Assembly (NCBI GenBank): GCA_002633005.1
Contig: NMRA01000067.1
Span: 434,010 to 498,009, forward strand
DNA: 64,000 nt
Direction of reading: 5' to 3'
Origin: Phoronis australis
Lineage: Eukaryota > Animalia > Phoronida
Part shown: piece by piece, positions 1 through 13,382 of the stretch
Numbering within the stretch: the first letter of the stretch is position 1
How the letters are laid out: every line of letters starts with the position of its first letter
The notes under the pieces: model-generated
The model's input: the letters and a program-made list of their open reading frames with translations, nothing else
The model's database searches: none
Told to the model about the DNA's origin: nothing
Made by a program: the position numbers and the translations under genes

Positions 1-310
1 CTTCATGGTCACGTGACGGCTTTTCGCAAAATTTGTGATTTTTGCTGTGACTTCCAGACAAATTAGATTTCTAAAAGCCACGTGTTACTACAAACAACTG
101 GGGAATAATTTCAGAAGAACATTAAGCATGTCTAGATGTGTGATCTTGGAAGTTTAGACTTCAGTGTACCACAGTTCTATTCCGTACTTTACAGAATAAC
201 GACTCTTGGGTACGAAGGAATGTAGTTATCTTGAATAATATCGTTTGATTTCACAGTTAAATTTTCAAGTCAAATTCGGATTCAGGCAACCGAAACGAAA
301 CGGCTCACAA

Positions 311-457
311 TTGGGCGGCGCAGCACTAAAAAAGTGGGGGCTAAAGCCCCTCAGCGCCCCTGTGGTGCATCGCCTATATACCTTGTGTTGCGTAGCACTG
401 AAAAAAGTAGGGGGCTAAAGCCCCCTCCCCCCAGCCCCCTATGGTGCGCCGCCCATG
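311..457. repeat. Short GC-rich hairpin/MITE-like repeat (GGGCGGCGCA...TGCGCCGCCC family), two tandem units
   Basis: tgggcggcgcagcac...atggtgcgccgcccatg terminal inverted repeats; internal 'gcactaaaaaagtgggggctaaagcccc' occurs twice; related copies at 12821-12993 and 38855-38926. Confidence 0.6.
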
Positions 458-1329
458 TCACGTACTCGAGTGAAAACGGTTGTCGGTTTTGCGGTTGCGG
501 GACAGTATTTGTTTGTCACTGAACTGAGTTTACAAGTCCGTAAGCCGTGTTCATTAGTACGGAACTTTGTTCATATGTGCCAGAGCAGTGATGTCCTGGA
601 AACCAGAGATGTTTTAGCATCAGTTGGTAAGAACTGTCCATTTTCGTCACAATCGAAAGCCGTCCAAAGCGCGTCTACTACAGCAACTTTTCGTTGTAAG
701 ATAGTGGTTCCTTCCGATTCGAAATGCGCAAAATTTTCAATTTTGACGTCAGGCAAGTCAAAACCAGGACCTTCTACACGGTTTAACGGCACTAAACGCT
801 ACATATCTCACATTTTGAAACTTTTTTGTTCCTGGAAAACTTAATATTTTAGCCATGTGAACATCAGCGACTGCAAGGACACTCCAGCTGCGACAACCTA
901 TTGTTCATAAGGTGACGTCTATTTTCCAGATAGATGCCACATTACGTGTACGTCTTAGCCAAATGGGACTCACCGACTTTCGAGACGTGATTTTTTGTCC
1001 CAAATCAAAAAATGTCGAAATGGATAACGTTTATTACGTAAGTATGACCAGGTACATCTAGGTATAATAGTGCCATCCGCAGTCCATTCTGACAAGTTCT
1101 CCAACAAGTAACCAGAGTGATAAAATTCTGATCATCGCATTTTGCCTCCTTCACTGACAGCAATAATTTTTCTCGCACAATTTGAATAAACTTGGTTGCA
1201 TTCAATTCATTTTCACATGTTATAAAGTTTTATTTATTGGTGCTTTACGGAAACGGAACAGAAAGGCAACGTATATTAATGCCAGTAACAAACAACCGCT
1301 CCCTGACTCTTTAGCCTTCCCAACACGAA

Positions 1330-4300
1330 ATGCAGCCATTTGACTCCGACGGGTACACGAGTGGAACGGTACAGTTCAACGCACGGGTCGTCATCCCGGC
1401 CAAGTGTCTGCGATTTGGGCCAGAGGAAGCTGACCCTGAGGGAGAGGAGAGGAGAGGCAGTGACACCGCAGGTATATGTATCTATCATATCATCTTCACG
1501 TCAACTGAGCTGCCGTGGCTTGACAACGTGCAAACTTGAGACGAGTTTCTTGATGAAACTGAACAAGTTGCAGTTGGAAATTCCGAATTGTCGGTATCAT
1601 ACAAAACACTATTCCATAATCAATGAGCTATCAAAATATTTTCAAAAGTCACACCGTTCAAAGCTATCTTGAGGTTTTCATCCTAATCAGTGAGTGATGA
1701 CTAATGCAGCCTGCTATCAATATTCCTTCAACCCTTATTCCACAAATTGTTTTCTAGACACAGTATAACCTTTGATACAACTCCACTTTAATTAAATTTG
1801 TTCCGGATGTACCGTATTCGTGCATCTTCAATTGTGCCCTAAAATTCAAACTACACAGGGGTCCTTATGATCGCTTTTTAATCAAGAGTTTCAAAGAAAC
1901 CCATTTCTAGACATTTGTGATTGCGTTTTCAGATATTCACCATTATAAAAGATCGCGTATCTTGTCCATAACAGAGAACGTCTCCCAAGAAACGGCGACT
2001 ATAGATGGACTTCCAGTGCAAAGTAGGTGACCAGACAATCCTTTCATGTTGGGCACGGGTCAAAAAGTGTCGCTGCGCTTTCCCTGTTGCTTTTGGCAAC
2101 CCAAAATTGCTTGAAGCATTTTTACCGAGGCCCCAATTAAGGAAAAACAAAGACTAGGCAGTTTTTACGACAAACACAAAAAGCTGAAAACGTAAGAAGA
2201 ATTCATTCAACACATGCAATCGCGTCGCTGCACCGATGAAATTGGTTTTAGAAGGATAAATTATTAAAAGAAATCCCCCCATTTTTGCTCATCTCAGATG
2301 GATATTTTTTTAAAATGTAAAACTCTTAAATAAACCACACCAACGCAGTTTTGAAGGTGAACCAACTCTGCTTGTTGACTCAACATTGCTAGTAGGAGGA
2401 ATCCGATGCTCGTTTGACCCTATGTCTGGTTTAATTGATACAGCACGTACAACAGCCCGACTTTTTACAGGTAACCCTTGTGTGCAATAGACTAATATGT
2501 ATATTTGTTTCATGTTTTTCAGTCATTCGGTCGGACGGTAGCACTCAAGTTAGATTTCTTGTTTCCGAAAAGTACATACAAGTCGAAGCTACCAGCGACG
2601 ACGATTCTGATGGGGAGGAGCCGTCTGAAAGTCCCGGAGCGTGGGAAGACGACTCCGGCACACTGTTCCCTAAAGCTAAAGACTCACTCGTGTTAGCTTC
2701 AGAAAACGCCACCAAAAAACTTCTGTCGCAGCTAAAAGAATGCCAGCACCTTGTTAGTCTCAAGGAAGCTGGCGATTTCGGATCAACTCTTGGAGAACGC
2801 CTTCTAGAATTAATGGAGCGCGTTGGCATTGACAACGGTGATGTCTACCCCCATGATGAAGACTTAGGAGTAAAACGTCTTGTTTCTGTTCTGGAAGTTG
2901 CAAAGGCAAGTACCGAAGACCTTGGACTTGTGGGGATTGTCTTAAAGCACCTGCACGATCGTTGCGCTGATCGTCTGAGAATTGAAGGGCTTGGCCTCAA
3001 AGAAAAATTTTACATTTTGTCAGGTGCCATAGCCTGCAAACTGGCTTGTAACATTCAAGCGTTGTACCCAAGTTTTTCGTTTCTACCAAGAGCTGTTGTG
3101 AGGCCAACACGCGATAACGTAAAAGACATCGTCGAGTCTACGTGGAATTCGTTGGTGAAGTCGTGCCCGTGTTTAGAGGGACAGGATTCTCTGAAACAAG
3201 CAAGCAGGGTTATACTAGACGAAACACTCAAGTGCATGCGATCTAGTTCTTCTTTGGATTTCTTGAGTGCCGTTTCTGTCGTCGTGCGTGACACCTCTAA
3301 TCGACTGGCAGAAGAACTGTCCAGTCGAGTATCGGAAGACAGCGCAACAATGTTTTTGGAGAAAATTCTTTCCACCGTGGAAAGTATTGGAACCTCAAAG
3401 GGATTTCAGTTCAGCTGTCACGGTGGCACGTGTATAAATCAGTTCCACAATGTTTGTGACGCAGCAGTTGAGCTAATTCGAAAGCATCTCCATGAAATTC
3501 AGCATGACACTTCTGTTAATAACAATGCATTTGCCTTTTTCCCGGTCAACGTCAACAACAACGCTCCCGGTACAAGGCAAAGCTCAGGCGCCATTGGCAA
3601 GCACAGCTCTGCTCACGACACAAGCCACGATAGGTCGAGACAACAGCGCATTGTTTTTACGATACCACAGAAACGATATGGAAGGGCGCCGACGTCAGAT
3701 GACCCACCAAGACAAAATCATTCCATTTCGAAAAAGCGCAGAAAACAGAAGAAGGTTTTCATTGACACCTCTCGACGAACACTTGAATTTTTACGAACGC
3801 AAACCATGAAGACCCTCAATGCAACCTCGTCAGAAGAACCGGATAACACAGCCAAGGGAGACGTTGTTGAGGAAACGTCGAGTTCTGACGACAGTCAGAG
3901 CTTTCAAGGCTCCGAAGCAGAAGACAAGTCAGTTGATGACAGTTTCTTAATAGAACAAGCAGTTGAAAGGACATATGCAAAAGTGTGCGCTATCCTTGCC
4001 GAAGAATGTTCGAACATCTCTCCAAAGTCATCCACAGAATCCGTACCTTTTCTCGCCGAAACCCCTGACATCGACGATGACATTTTTCGGCTTTTTGACG
4101 TACCATTGGACCAGGTGCAGCCCGAGGCCCTTGCTGCCTCTTTAAACAGTATATGCACGACATTGGGAGGGCACGGTTACACAGAGCGTCTGAAAAGGTA
4201 CGAGCATTACAGCTCGCGGACTAACTACCGACCCTTGTCATCGTGTTGGTTAGGGCTTCTACGATCATTGAAAAACGCAGTGGAAAAGTATAAAGAAGCA

Positions 4301-7300
4301 GAGAACAGGGACCTTGTGGCTATATCGTCACATTCCAATGGTACGTTATTCGACAATGTTGATATTAATCCCGCTTTTTAGAGCCCTGTTACATGCCATC
4401 ATTTACCTGTTCTTGGGCTACGCGATATTGACCTTTGTCACATTTCACGTTCGCATGATGATGCACAACGCTAGCATGTGTTTTTGATGTTCTCTAGTTG
4501 TGGCTTGATCAAAAATACGAAAAGACAAAATACATGTGTATATGACTTGAAAAGCGAGTCAATGCCGTGGTTCGCACATTCAGGGTTTGTTCCCGCCTTT
4601 GTAAGTCAGTTCTTTGTGTTTGAATATAAGTGCTTTCTATAGAAGATCCACGGTTCATGTTCACTTTCAATATTTGTTTTAGGCAGAATCCATGAGAAGC
4701 TTAGTGACAAGGTAAGTCCATTTAGACTTGAAAACGTGTCAGCCATTTTATTCAAACTCAAATTTACTCAACAGCGTGCGCATTGGCAATATGAATCTGT
4801 ATTGATGTTTAGTTAAAATCGCTAAAATCTCTTGTCATAACACTTTTTGATTGGTGGTGCCCATTTTGTGCTGACACAGTTGAAATTTTCATTAGCACTC
4901 TGTGAGTGGGTCGGTGACTCGACTCACTGAAAAGAAAATTAAATTCTCCAACCTTTTTGACATGTCTCACCGCAGTGTACAGATTCAATGATCGTGATAT
5001 CAACCGGAGAGAAAGCAGAAGTTCTCGATGAGAGGTAGAATCGGTGACAGTTGTGTTCATCGAGCTATTACCCACTGGTGAATATCTTCTAGGAACCATC
5101 TCTAACCCTCTTCAAAAACTTGGAATCTTGGCCCAAGAATCAATACACAAATACAATTGGTACTCTAAATGTGCGCATTTCTATTCAAAATGGCCCTACG
5201 CACCTGCCCAGAATCACTTTGTGTTTCATATTCCTAGTAAATACTTCCACGTGCGATGTTACGTGAACACTGGGAAGTAGTGCACAAATTGCCAACCAAG
5301 TGCGCAAATGAAACTGACTTCGACATACTTTCAGCGAAATTAAGTCTCGGGTCCTGCATATTACAAGGAGATCAGTATTAAAAAGAAATTTCTTTCTTTT
5401 CCTATTTATTGTTACAATGAAACTGTTGATATGTAAACATATCAAACATATGCAATTTGCATCTGTGAGTCAGCTAGTAATGTTTTATGTTCAAACAGGT
5501 GTTATTCGGAATAGGTTATTTTTGTGCAACTTTTTCAATTTACCCCATGGGCTGTTGATACTTTGCTCAACAGTATGTTATTAATGATTGCTACACACAT
5601 ACGTTTAACCTTCTGTTCATTTTGAAGATTTTGCACGATACTCTGCCGCCAGAGGGGTACCTGAAATTGGCACTTCGAGTTGCTGAGCACCGAAAGCTTT
5701 ATGTTCCAAATAAGCAACCGCAGCCGATGAAGTCGCTACCAGACGTATTCAGAACGTCAGTGGAGAGAATGCGGGTCCTACTCAAGCTGGATATGTCATC
5801 CGTCAACCTTAGTAACCAAATGGTTGATTGCTTGGCCCATGTCTTGAAGGACAGTGAAGGAGACGACGTAGGGTGGACTCTACAAGAGATCGTGCGCACC
5901 TTGTTGATCTGCTGCAAGGGCGATTTAAACGGCGTACAGAAGAACTTGGAGCGCATTTTCTGCGCCTTAGGCACATCCGCAAAGACTGCGTCAGTCATTG
6001 GGAGAGAAGCAAAACTAATTTTGGGCGAGCTGGACGACTTACTGTGCGACCAAATGCGCACGGGAGCGCACTCCAACCTACGAGACACCCTCGTGAAGTT
6101 GACTAGAATGCCATCGCAAAAGATACACACAAGTCATCTCGCACAATTAGGCGCTGCCATGCTTCTCTACTACGACGTTTGCGTTAAAGACGACTGTACT
6201 CACAACGGGGTCCGTGAGTCGAAGAGCGAACACAGCTTGAGTAAGATGGTAAAATCAGAATACACGAAAATGAAGGAGAGAATTTGCGCACCTTTGGATA
6301 AGGGCACAAAACGGTCAGGTGACGAGTCAGATTCCTGCGAGGATAGGACCCACGAAGAACGAAACTGGGATTGTGTGTCACTCATGACAATACGTAATAT
6401 GTCTAAACGGATCGCTGAGGCAGTGGCGCAGCAAAACCTCTTCAGAAATTTATTTTCTCATTCTGTTGAAGAGTGTACCTCGGCCTGGAAGCTTCTTCAT
6501 CTGGCAATTCGCGAAAACGAAAAGAACATACTCTCAAATTGCCGGGAAATTCGCAAGCAGCATCACATACTTTCTGTAGACTGCTTAGTAAAATCCGTCC
6601 TTGAATACATAGGCCGTCCTCTGATTGACACGTGCATAATACCGCTTTACGTTATAGAAACTATACATGACGTGTTTCATCGCATTCATCGCTGTAACCT
6701 TCAAATATACGACATAAAACTGTTGTGTGACATACTAAGAGAATACAGCCAGGAATCGGGGACTTTTCGTGACCGTGCAGAATTCAGCATTGATGAAAAA
6801 ACGCTCACCAAATTAAGTCGAGCAACTTTGTCAAAGATTACACTCCTGCTAGAGACGAGTCTTGCCAATAAAGAACATCATTTGCTACTTAATGTTGCTG
6901 ATAATCTTAGGGAGATCTCTCACCAATCATCCAACGTTTCTCTCCAAAGCTGCTCGTACAGTCTGACACAGGAGCAACAGGCCGCTACAACATCTTTCGC
7001 AGAGAAGATTTCCAAGCGTCTCCAAGAAGAGGTGTGCACGATGGAAAATAGAAGCTTTAGCAGTGATCAAAATAAGTGCGTGGTAAACACCACACTGTGT
7101 GGTAAACTCACGGATATATGCCGTGCCATTCAAAAACGTACTCTCGATCCTGAAATTGAAGAGGAATTTGTCAGGATAATAAGATGTTCAACGTATATGG
7201 AGAAGCGTTCTAAGTTGCCGGACCTGGAACAGTTGCAGTACCTGATGACTGTTGTAACCCGCGACATCGAAACCTGTCCATTGACCCTGGATGATATGAA

Positions 7301-9222
7301 CAATACCAGCCCAGAAGAGGAATTCCGTAAAAGTGTTTACTTTCGAAGTGTACTTTGCGTCATTGCACGACTTATTGAAGACCTTGAGGGTGGACATTTA
7401 TCTTTAAACACCATACTGGCTTTGTCACGTGTGACTGGAAGCACAATTGATGATATTAAAGGTTTGACGAAAAAGGTTCAAATTCATCCATCTGTGGACA
7501 ATACAATTCTGCCTATTCCCGCGGAGAAGGTGATACAAGCACTTTCAGCATTGTCCATGAAATGCGACAATGATACTGTGCAAAAGTACGACGCTGTGGA
7601 AAGGTTTTCCTACAGGAACCTCCTTCAGCCTAACTTGCGTGAGCACCCAGAACTAATCCCCGACGACAACTCTTCCCATCACCACGATGGAGATCAAGAA
7701 GACTGCGAAATGGTCGACTTGCATGAATCACATGATGTTCTCAAGACCGGTGTCATGGATGCCAGAGGATCGATTGTTTTGGAAGAGACGAAGAACAAGG
7801 CTCACGTGCACCGGCACGACAAGACTAAAAAAACTACCATGTCTTCACACTGCAACGTTCAAGTAAATGCCAACAACTCTCGAGAGCAACGCTTTGAACT
7901 AGAGACTTCCAATTTATCTCCGATGTTTTCCGACATGTGCAACGAACTGATTGGGGAAGCAGTGAATTTTGAGAACATCCTGGTGAAGCCAGCAACTTCA
8001 CTTCGTCGCTGCAGAGCGGAAGATGGGGAGCAGCCTAAAGATGGCGCTAAAACACCTGATATCTCTGTTGCCAAATCGGCTCGCGAGATAGAATTCTCAA
8101 CTAGTTGTTCAAGACAAAAGAACGATCTTTGCACCAACGAAAGGCCCAAGTCCTCGATTAATGGTTCGTCAGTAGTTGGTGATAAGGAGAGCAGGATCTC
8201 TATAGTATGTTGCTCATACTGTGGGAAGGGACGAAACAAAAAACGTACGAGTAAAAAGGGGCGACGACAAAAGTGCATAATTATACCACGCATGAAATCT
8301 GAAGGGTCCACAGTGACGTCACGCACGTCAACAGCGACAACGTCTGTGGTGGCCCCTAGAACTCCTTCATCGGCGTCACGTGTGCCGTCCGCGAGAAACT
8401 CGCCGGTATGTACTTGTACAACACTGGGAAGAAAGACAATATTAACTCCCGTGAGAGATCCAGTTTTGAAGCCCACAGGCAGATCCTCCATAATGATATC
8501 GAGGACGGTTCGTCTACCCCCTGTGTCGTCATATAGGTGTGCTGGCGGAAACAAGATGGCGATACGAGATACAACTACCCGTTATCTCCCTTCTCAAGTA
8601 AGGAAAATAATTCATCCGAAATGCATCCAACTGAACAAAAGTATGTGTTATGTTTCCATCATTATGTAGACAATACGGGGTCCAGGCTCATCAACCTTGA
8701 CGAGACTAGTGAACGTGTAGATATTGCTCAAGATGAACTTTAAGGGGACGAACCAGCTGATCAGACTAATGCAAGAGTGTGGTTGCTAATTGTGAGCAAT
8801 GTAACACGTGAATCTTTGTGTGTACCGATTCTAGTCTAAGAAATCTGAAAGCCAAGTTCACTTTTCTCCGTGCAACGTTTTTTTTTTTGGAAAAGTTGCA
8901 CTACGGGTGCTGACCTTCATGGCTCAAATTGTCATGATTAAGGAGAAGTTAAAGATATATAAATATTTGTACAGCGAACCAATTACAAACCAGGTGTTAA
9001 GTTAAAGTTATGCAAATTTGGCTACATGTAGCTCCGAAGCAGCCTTTGTGTTATTGCAATATACTGAGTCTTCTGGATTTCTTACATTTATCACCTTTTC
9101 AGAGCACTCCGCAAAAGTTCGTTGCGCTGTCAAGTCAACTGATACCACCGTTGTCCACCCAGGTGTGCAGTGCTGTTCCATCCACAGTGGTCCCGTCTGT
9201 TAGAGTACCAATCAAGAGATGA
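1330..9222 (+). CDS. Large uncharacterised (orphan) protein, ~1,692 aa, multi-exon; helical/Cys-containing body, basic Ser/Thr/Pro/Arg-rich C-terminus
   Basis: Phase-consistent GT-AG model: 1330-1471 (MQPFDS...DTA g|gtat), 2523-4340 (ttttcag|...SHSN g|gtac), micro-exon 4683-4711 (tttag|GC AGA ATC...GAC AAG|gtaagt), 5628-8597 (ttgaag|...PSQ|gtaagg), 9103-9222 (cttttcag|STPQKFV...PIKR*). Total 5079 nt. Explains ORFs 2435-4381 and 5622-8669. The last exon is uncertain (alternatives: 8670-8720, or read-through to 8669). No recognisable domain. Confidence 0.65.
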
Positions 9223-10651
9223 TGCGTGCCTCCAAACCAAGAACCTGCAAGTGACCAACAATAGGAATTTAATTTTTCACATTTCCACACGCGTGATTTG
9301 TAACAGTTTTTTTATTTGAAACGGAACAGGAAAAATAATGGCACAATACAATAGATTGATTTATTTCAAACATCTGTGTTATGTTTAATTGTTGGCATTA
9401 CAGGTATGTCGGGCGTTCGCCACATTTCAAAACGTAGTCATACCGAGTGATTTTCTGACGCAATCGTTTACCAGTGATCATAAAGACTGAAGACTTCCAC
9501 TGCCCCCTGTCTGTGTGAAGGCATAGTGTTCGTCTCATCGGATGGCATGGGTCTCTTTTGATTTTGTGAAGAGACTTGTTTGGCGTATGAGGACATATAT
9601 CCTCGTGTGAGCTAAAAGGCGATGCGATGAATTCTCCCATTCAACGTGGTCGATCGTCTTCCATGTATTACCAAACCACTAAAATGATAGCGTGTTCTCA
9701 GGGTTAGCCAAACATAATATTCGCGGCCCTACATCGTAGTTTTAAACCATCTATTTTACCCACCCTCTACCATGCCTCACTGTCGCCATTTCCTCGTACT
9801 TCTGTGTGGCGCTTTTTATTGCCAATCTTATCTCCTTTTGTCTCTGGTAAAGAGGTTGCGATGCACGTATCACCTATGTTTATTCTCGGAGAACTTTATC
9901 GATCACAAATAGTGTTTTTTGTGAATGATTGACAGACCAGTGACGCACATGAAATTAGTAACTACATGTAAGCCGAAGGCACTCCGCAGAGATTGCGACT
10001 TCTAAAGCATCCGAGGTCTTCCATACTATAGCAAAGCGTTGACGCAGTCGTGTACATACTTGGCAGTTCAGACTCAACACTTAAACGTTGGGAGTGATAG
10101 AAATGTATGAAAACATTGAAATTTCCATACGATTGACCCTTGAACTTGACTACGAAATACCAGGGCCCCCGGAACCTTGCCCTAGATAAGCCCCTTCAGT
10201 TTGGCTTCGCCTTCCCACTTACATTTTCCGGCTACCTAAGAGTTACGAGAAGTCATATTCTAATAAAAAGTATAAGAAATTGCGGCAAAAGTAGACATAG
10301 TTCAGGCAGAATAGCACCGGCAACGGAAGAACAAGGGAGGGACATTACAAAACGCATCGAAAGCGGAATACATAGAAAGCAATTTTAAAAAGATTAACAT
10401 GCGCCAACTTTTCGCGCGGGTGGTAGAAAAAATTTCCACATAACCGACTTAATTACAAAAGAATTTCCTGCAACTTTCCCGAATAACAATTCATGGAGCC
10501 CAACAACCAGCAAGAGACGATATCTAATAAAGTTAGTTATTATGCAAGTTATACGTTTTGAAAAAGTTTACCTCGTTCTTTCACGCGTGACTTGGCAGGA
10601 CTTCGATTACTTCCTTGTAGAGTAATATGTGATGAACATATGCGTCAGTGA

Positions 10652-11520
10652 TCATAGGCGGATTTAGGGGGGGGGGGGGGGGGCCTCCCCCTCCCTTGGC
10701 TGCCGCAAGCAAAATGNNNNGGGGGGGGGGCTCAGATCCAATTTCAAGTGTCAAATTCGGAACACACACGGAACTATGGCTCAGTATAGTCTCTCCCGCG
10801 ATATCTCAGGCGACCGGCAGTGGCGCTGGGCACTACGACTCCGTTTCCATCGTCTGCTCCACTGTGCAATGAAGAAAATTACTTCATTTTTTAAAGAAAA
10901 TGGGATCTTTGTGATGATGAAAAAACAGAAGCTGCTGGTAAGATGTGAATTTTAATTGAAGCCTTTGTGAATCACTCAGAAACTCATAATTCTCTCTTAA
11001 GACGATTTCCAAAGCAATCGCGTCATTATTGCCAACACAAGGTCTTTTGGGCAATTGGAGACTATTTTAAATACAACAAATTTGTTACGAACTGATTGCG
11101 CAAAATATAGAACAAGTAATAAGCATTACAAAAAGAAGGTTACGCGCGCAAACGGTGTGGACCATAAACAAGTATGTCTCTTAGTATCAGATTAAGAGTA
11201 AAATCGTGGTGGTGCAGTGGTAAAGCACGCGCTCTCAACTCGTGAGTTCGAGTCTGTGGCTCTTGGAGTTTTTCCTGTTTGACACTTTCTCCGTTTTTTG
11301 TTTTTTTTTTTTTTGCCTTTTTTCTTGGGTAATACTTCAGGTATCAAGGAAAATGCTTGATTTTTAGAGGAAAAAACAGAAAAATTTCCTGGGCGGGAGG
11401 GGGGCACACCCCCCTCTCGACCTCCCCCCATTCGGTGCTATGCGCATCTACAATCGTGCTTTAAGCAAATGTTTTCAGACAAAATGTTGGGCCCCTTGTG
11501 ATATCCTAGATCCGCTCCAG
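10652..11520. mobile_element. Composite G/C-tract non-autonomous repeat (cataggcggatttagggggg...ctagatccgct) containing a small N gap
   Basis: Imperfect inverted termini GGCGGATTTAGG / CCTAGATCCGC, poly-G/C tracts; 'ggggctcagatccaatttcaagtgtca' recurs at ~51900. Confidence 0.45.
11206..11260 (+). repeat. Degenerate tRNA-derived (SINE-head-like) Pol III promoter
   Basis: A-box-like TGGTGCAGTGG and B-box-like GAGTTCGAGTC, without a complete cloverleaf. Confidence 0.35.
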
Positions 11521-12820
11521 GTGTTTAATTAATATGCTAATAGTGCTACTGTAGAAGCTAGAGAAAATTATTGTCGTTTTGAACCGTGGGCACGTCGCCA
11601 CTGCTAGTTCGTGAAGGAATGTAACGTATTGCCCCTTCGCCACCAGAGGGCAGGAACAATCCGACTATGCACAAAGTTAAAAGGGTCTCGCTGCTCACAT
11701 CCAAACGAGGAGAATCACAAATTGGTCTAAACATTTTACCGGTCCAGCACAACAATAATTTCTGTCATGAAGTGAAATTGAGAAATAACGGGCGATTCAT
11801 ATGAAGCAGTCAGCAGTTCACTATTTTGACCAACATCCTTGCCAAACTGAACTTCCAGTCGAGTCTCGTTTACTTCCCGGTGGTCTGAGGTCTGGGCTCT
11901 GCTTCATGGAAAGATCGTAAGACTTTGAAGTCTTAAGTAACGGCAGAAATTTGCTCTTGGCACCGCCACCTTTCACAAAATTTTCAGAAGAAAGACTAAC
12001 TTAGCCATGAAATGATTAGCGCATCACAATCTAGATATAATAATAGGCCTACAAATTATCTCAGCACTGTTTTTTTATTAAGTAAGGTTTAATTATTTTT
12101 ATAAAAAGTTGAGTGGACCAAATTTCTCAGGCTTTAAAGTCTTAAGTCACATTTTGCGAAACAGATCCTAACTGCTTGTTTCGGGAAGGACTTCATTTTT
12201 GTCAAGGTACGGAAAGGGCTGAAACCGACTCTTGTGTGTTCAGTAATCTGATTCACAGTTGTGCTGGTGAGTACTGAGGAATAGGTTGGGCCAATAATAT
12301 TGGTAAACCAAGTTTAAATACCGAGCGACACTTGAACTCAGCCTACGGGTTAAGCTTAAAGGAAGAAGCACGCCAAAAGTCACACGTATAAAAATAGATG
12401 CTCAATTTTTTCGTGACAATTATATTTTTTATTTGAAAAGGATAATTTTGTTCAGAAGTGAATACGTATGTTTTTCACAAATTTTGATCGATTTTGAGTT
12501 GTTTCAGTTGCACTCGAAAGTTACTAATTGAAGGATCTTACTGATAAGTTTTCCCATTTTTGACTTCTAAACCCGTCTATTTTGGACTCCTAGGCGGCTT
12601 TACCACCACCGGCTAGTTTCCTCACCCTGCGACCACCGCCTAAATTTTTCTGTGACGGCTGTGGCCGAACAAGTTCACTAACTGGGAGCAACGGGAAAGA
12701 ACGAACACCACGATGGCCTAGTGGCAGATGTCATGATCGTGGCCCTGCGTTTGTAAAATATTTGAACTTGGATGATCTTACTTATTTTCTCATCTCTTTA
12801 GTTTCGTTTTTGGTTAGATA

Positions 12821-12993
12821 CATGGGCGGCGCACAATATAGGGCTGGGGCTGGGGGCCTGACATATAGCCCCCGGCCTCAGCGTATTGTAGTGGCAGTCA
12901 CTTGCGCTGCCGGCCCCGGCATGGTTTATGGGCGGTGCACCACAGGGGGCTGGGGAGCTTCAGCCCCACTTTTTCCAGGGCTGCGCCGCTCAT
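12821..12993. repeat. GC-rich hairpin MITE-like repeat upstream of CDC50
   Basis: catgggcggcgca...tgcgccgctcatg inverted termini; same family as 311-457. Confidence 0.55.
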
Positions 12994-13382
12994 GAGATAA
13001 ACACCCACCACAAACCAATATTGCCTTCCTATCCACACTATAAGTCTGCTATTAGTACCCCCCCCCCCCCGGGCGGACTGGACTCGGCAATGTTATTGGT
13101 TTACTTAAGTGACGCCTTGCGGCTAAAGCAGTAGTTGTTAAGCAATAGTTATCTCCCTTCTAAATCGTAAACATGTTTGATAAATTGATGAACTTTCTTA
13201 CAAAGAAAAAATTTTTGGTATTTCAAGATGTCTTTTATTTTGTTACTAGAATTAAATGTAAATAGAAGTTTTGTTATTCAATTACAGTTGACGACTACAA
13301 TATCTCATCGAAATCTAAAGACGACGTTCTTCGTAAAATCATATTAGTCTTTTCGTCCTACGTCTTCACATCCTGTTGAAAA

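Noticed and set aside
455-911. ORFs 455-844 (+) and 571-792 (-), and small exon-like segments 584-626 and 853-911
   Set aside because: I could not join them in frame to the 1315 exon; at most 5' UTR exons of the orphan gene
7859-8554. 231-aa minus-strand ORF and other antisense ORFs within 2435-8669
   Set aside because: Shadow ORFs of the long plus-strand exons
9008-9640. Minus-strand spliced reading with in-frame TGAs (selenoprotein or lectin-like idea)
   Set aside because: Better explained as antisense to the plus-strand terminal exon 9103-9222; no SECIS or domain recognised
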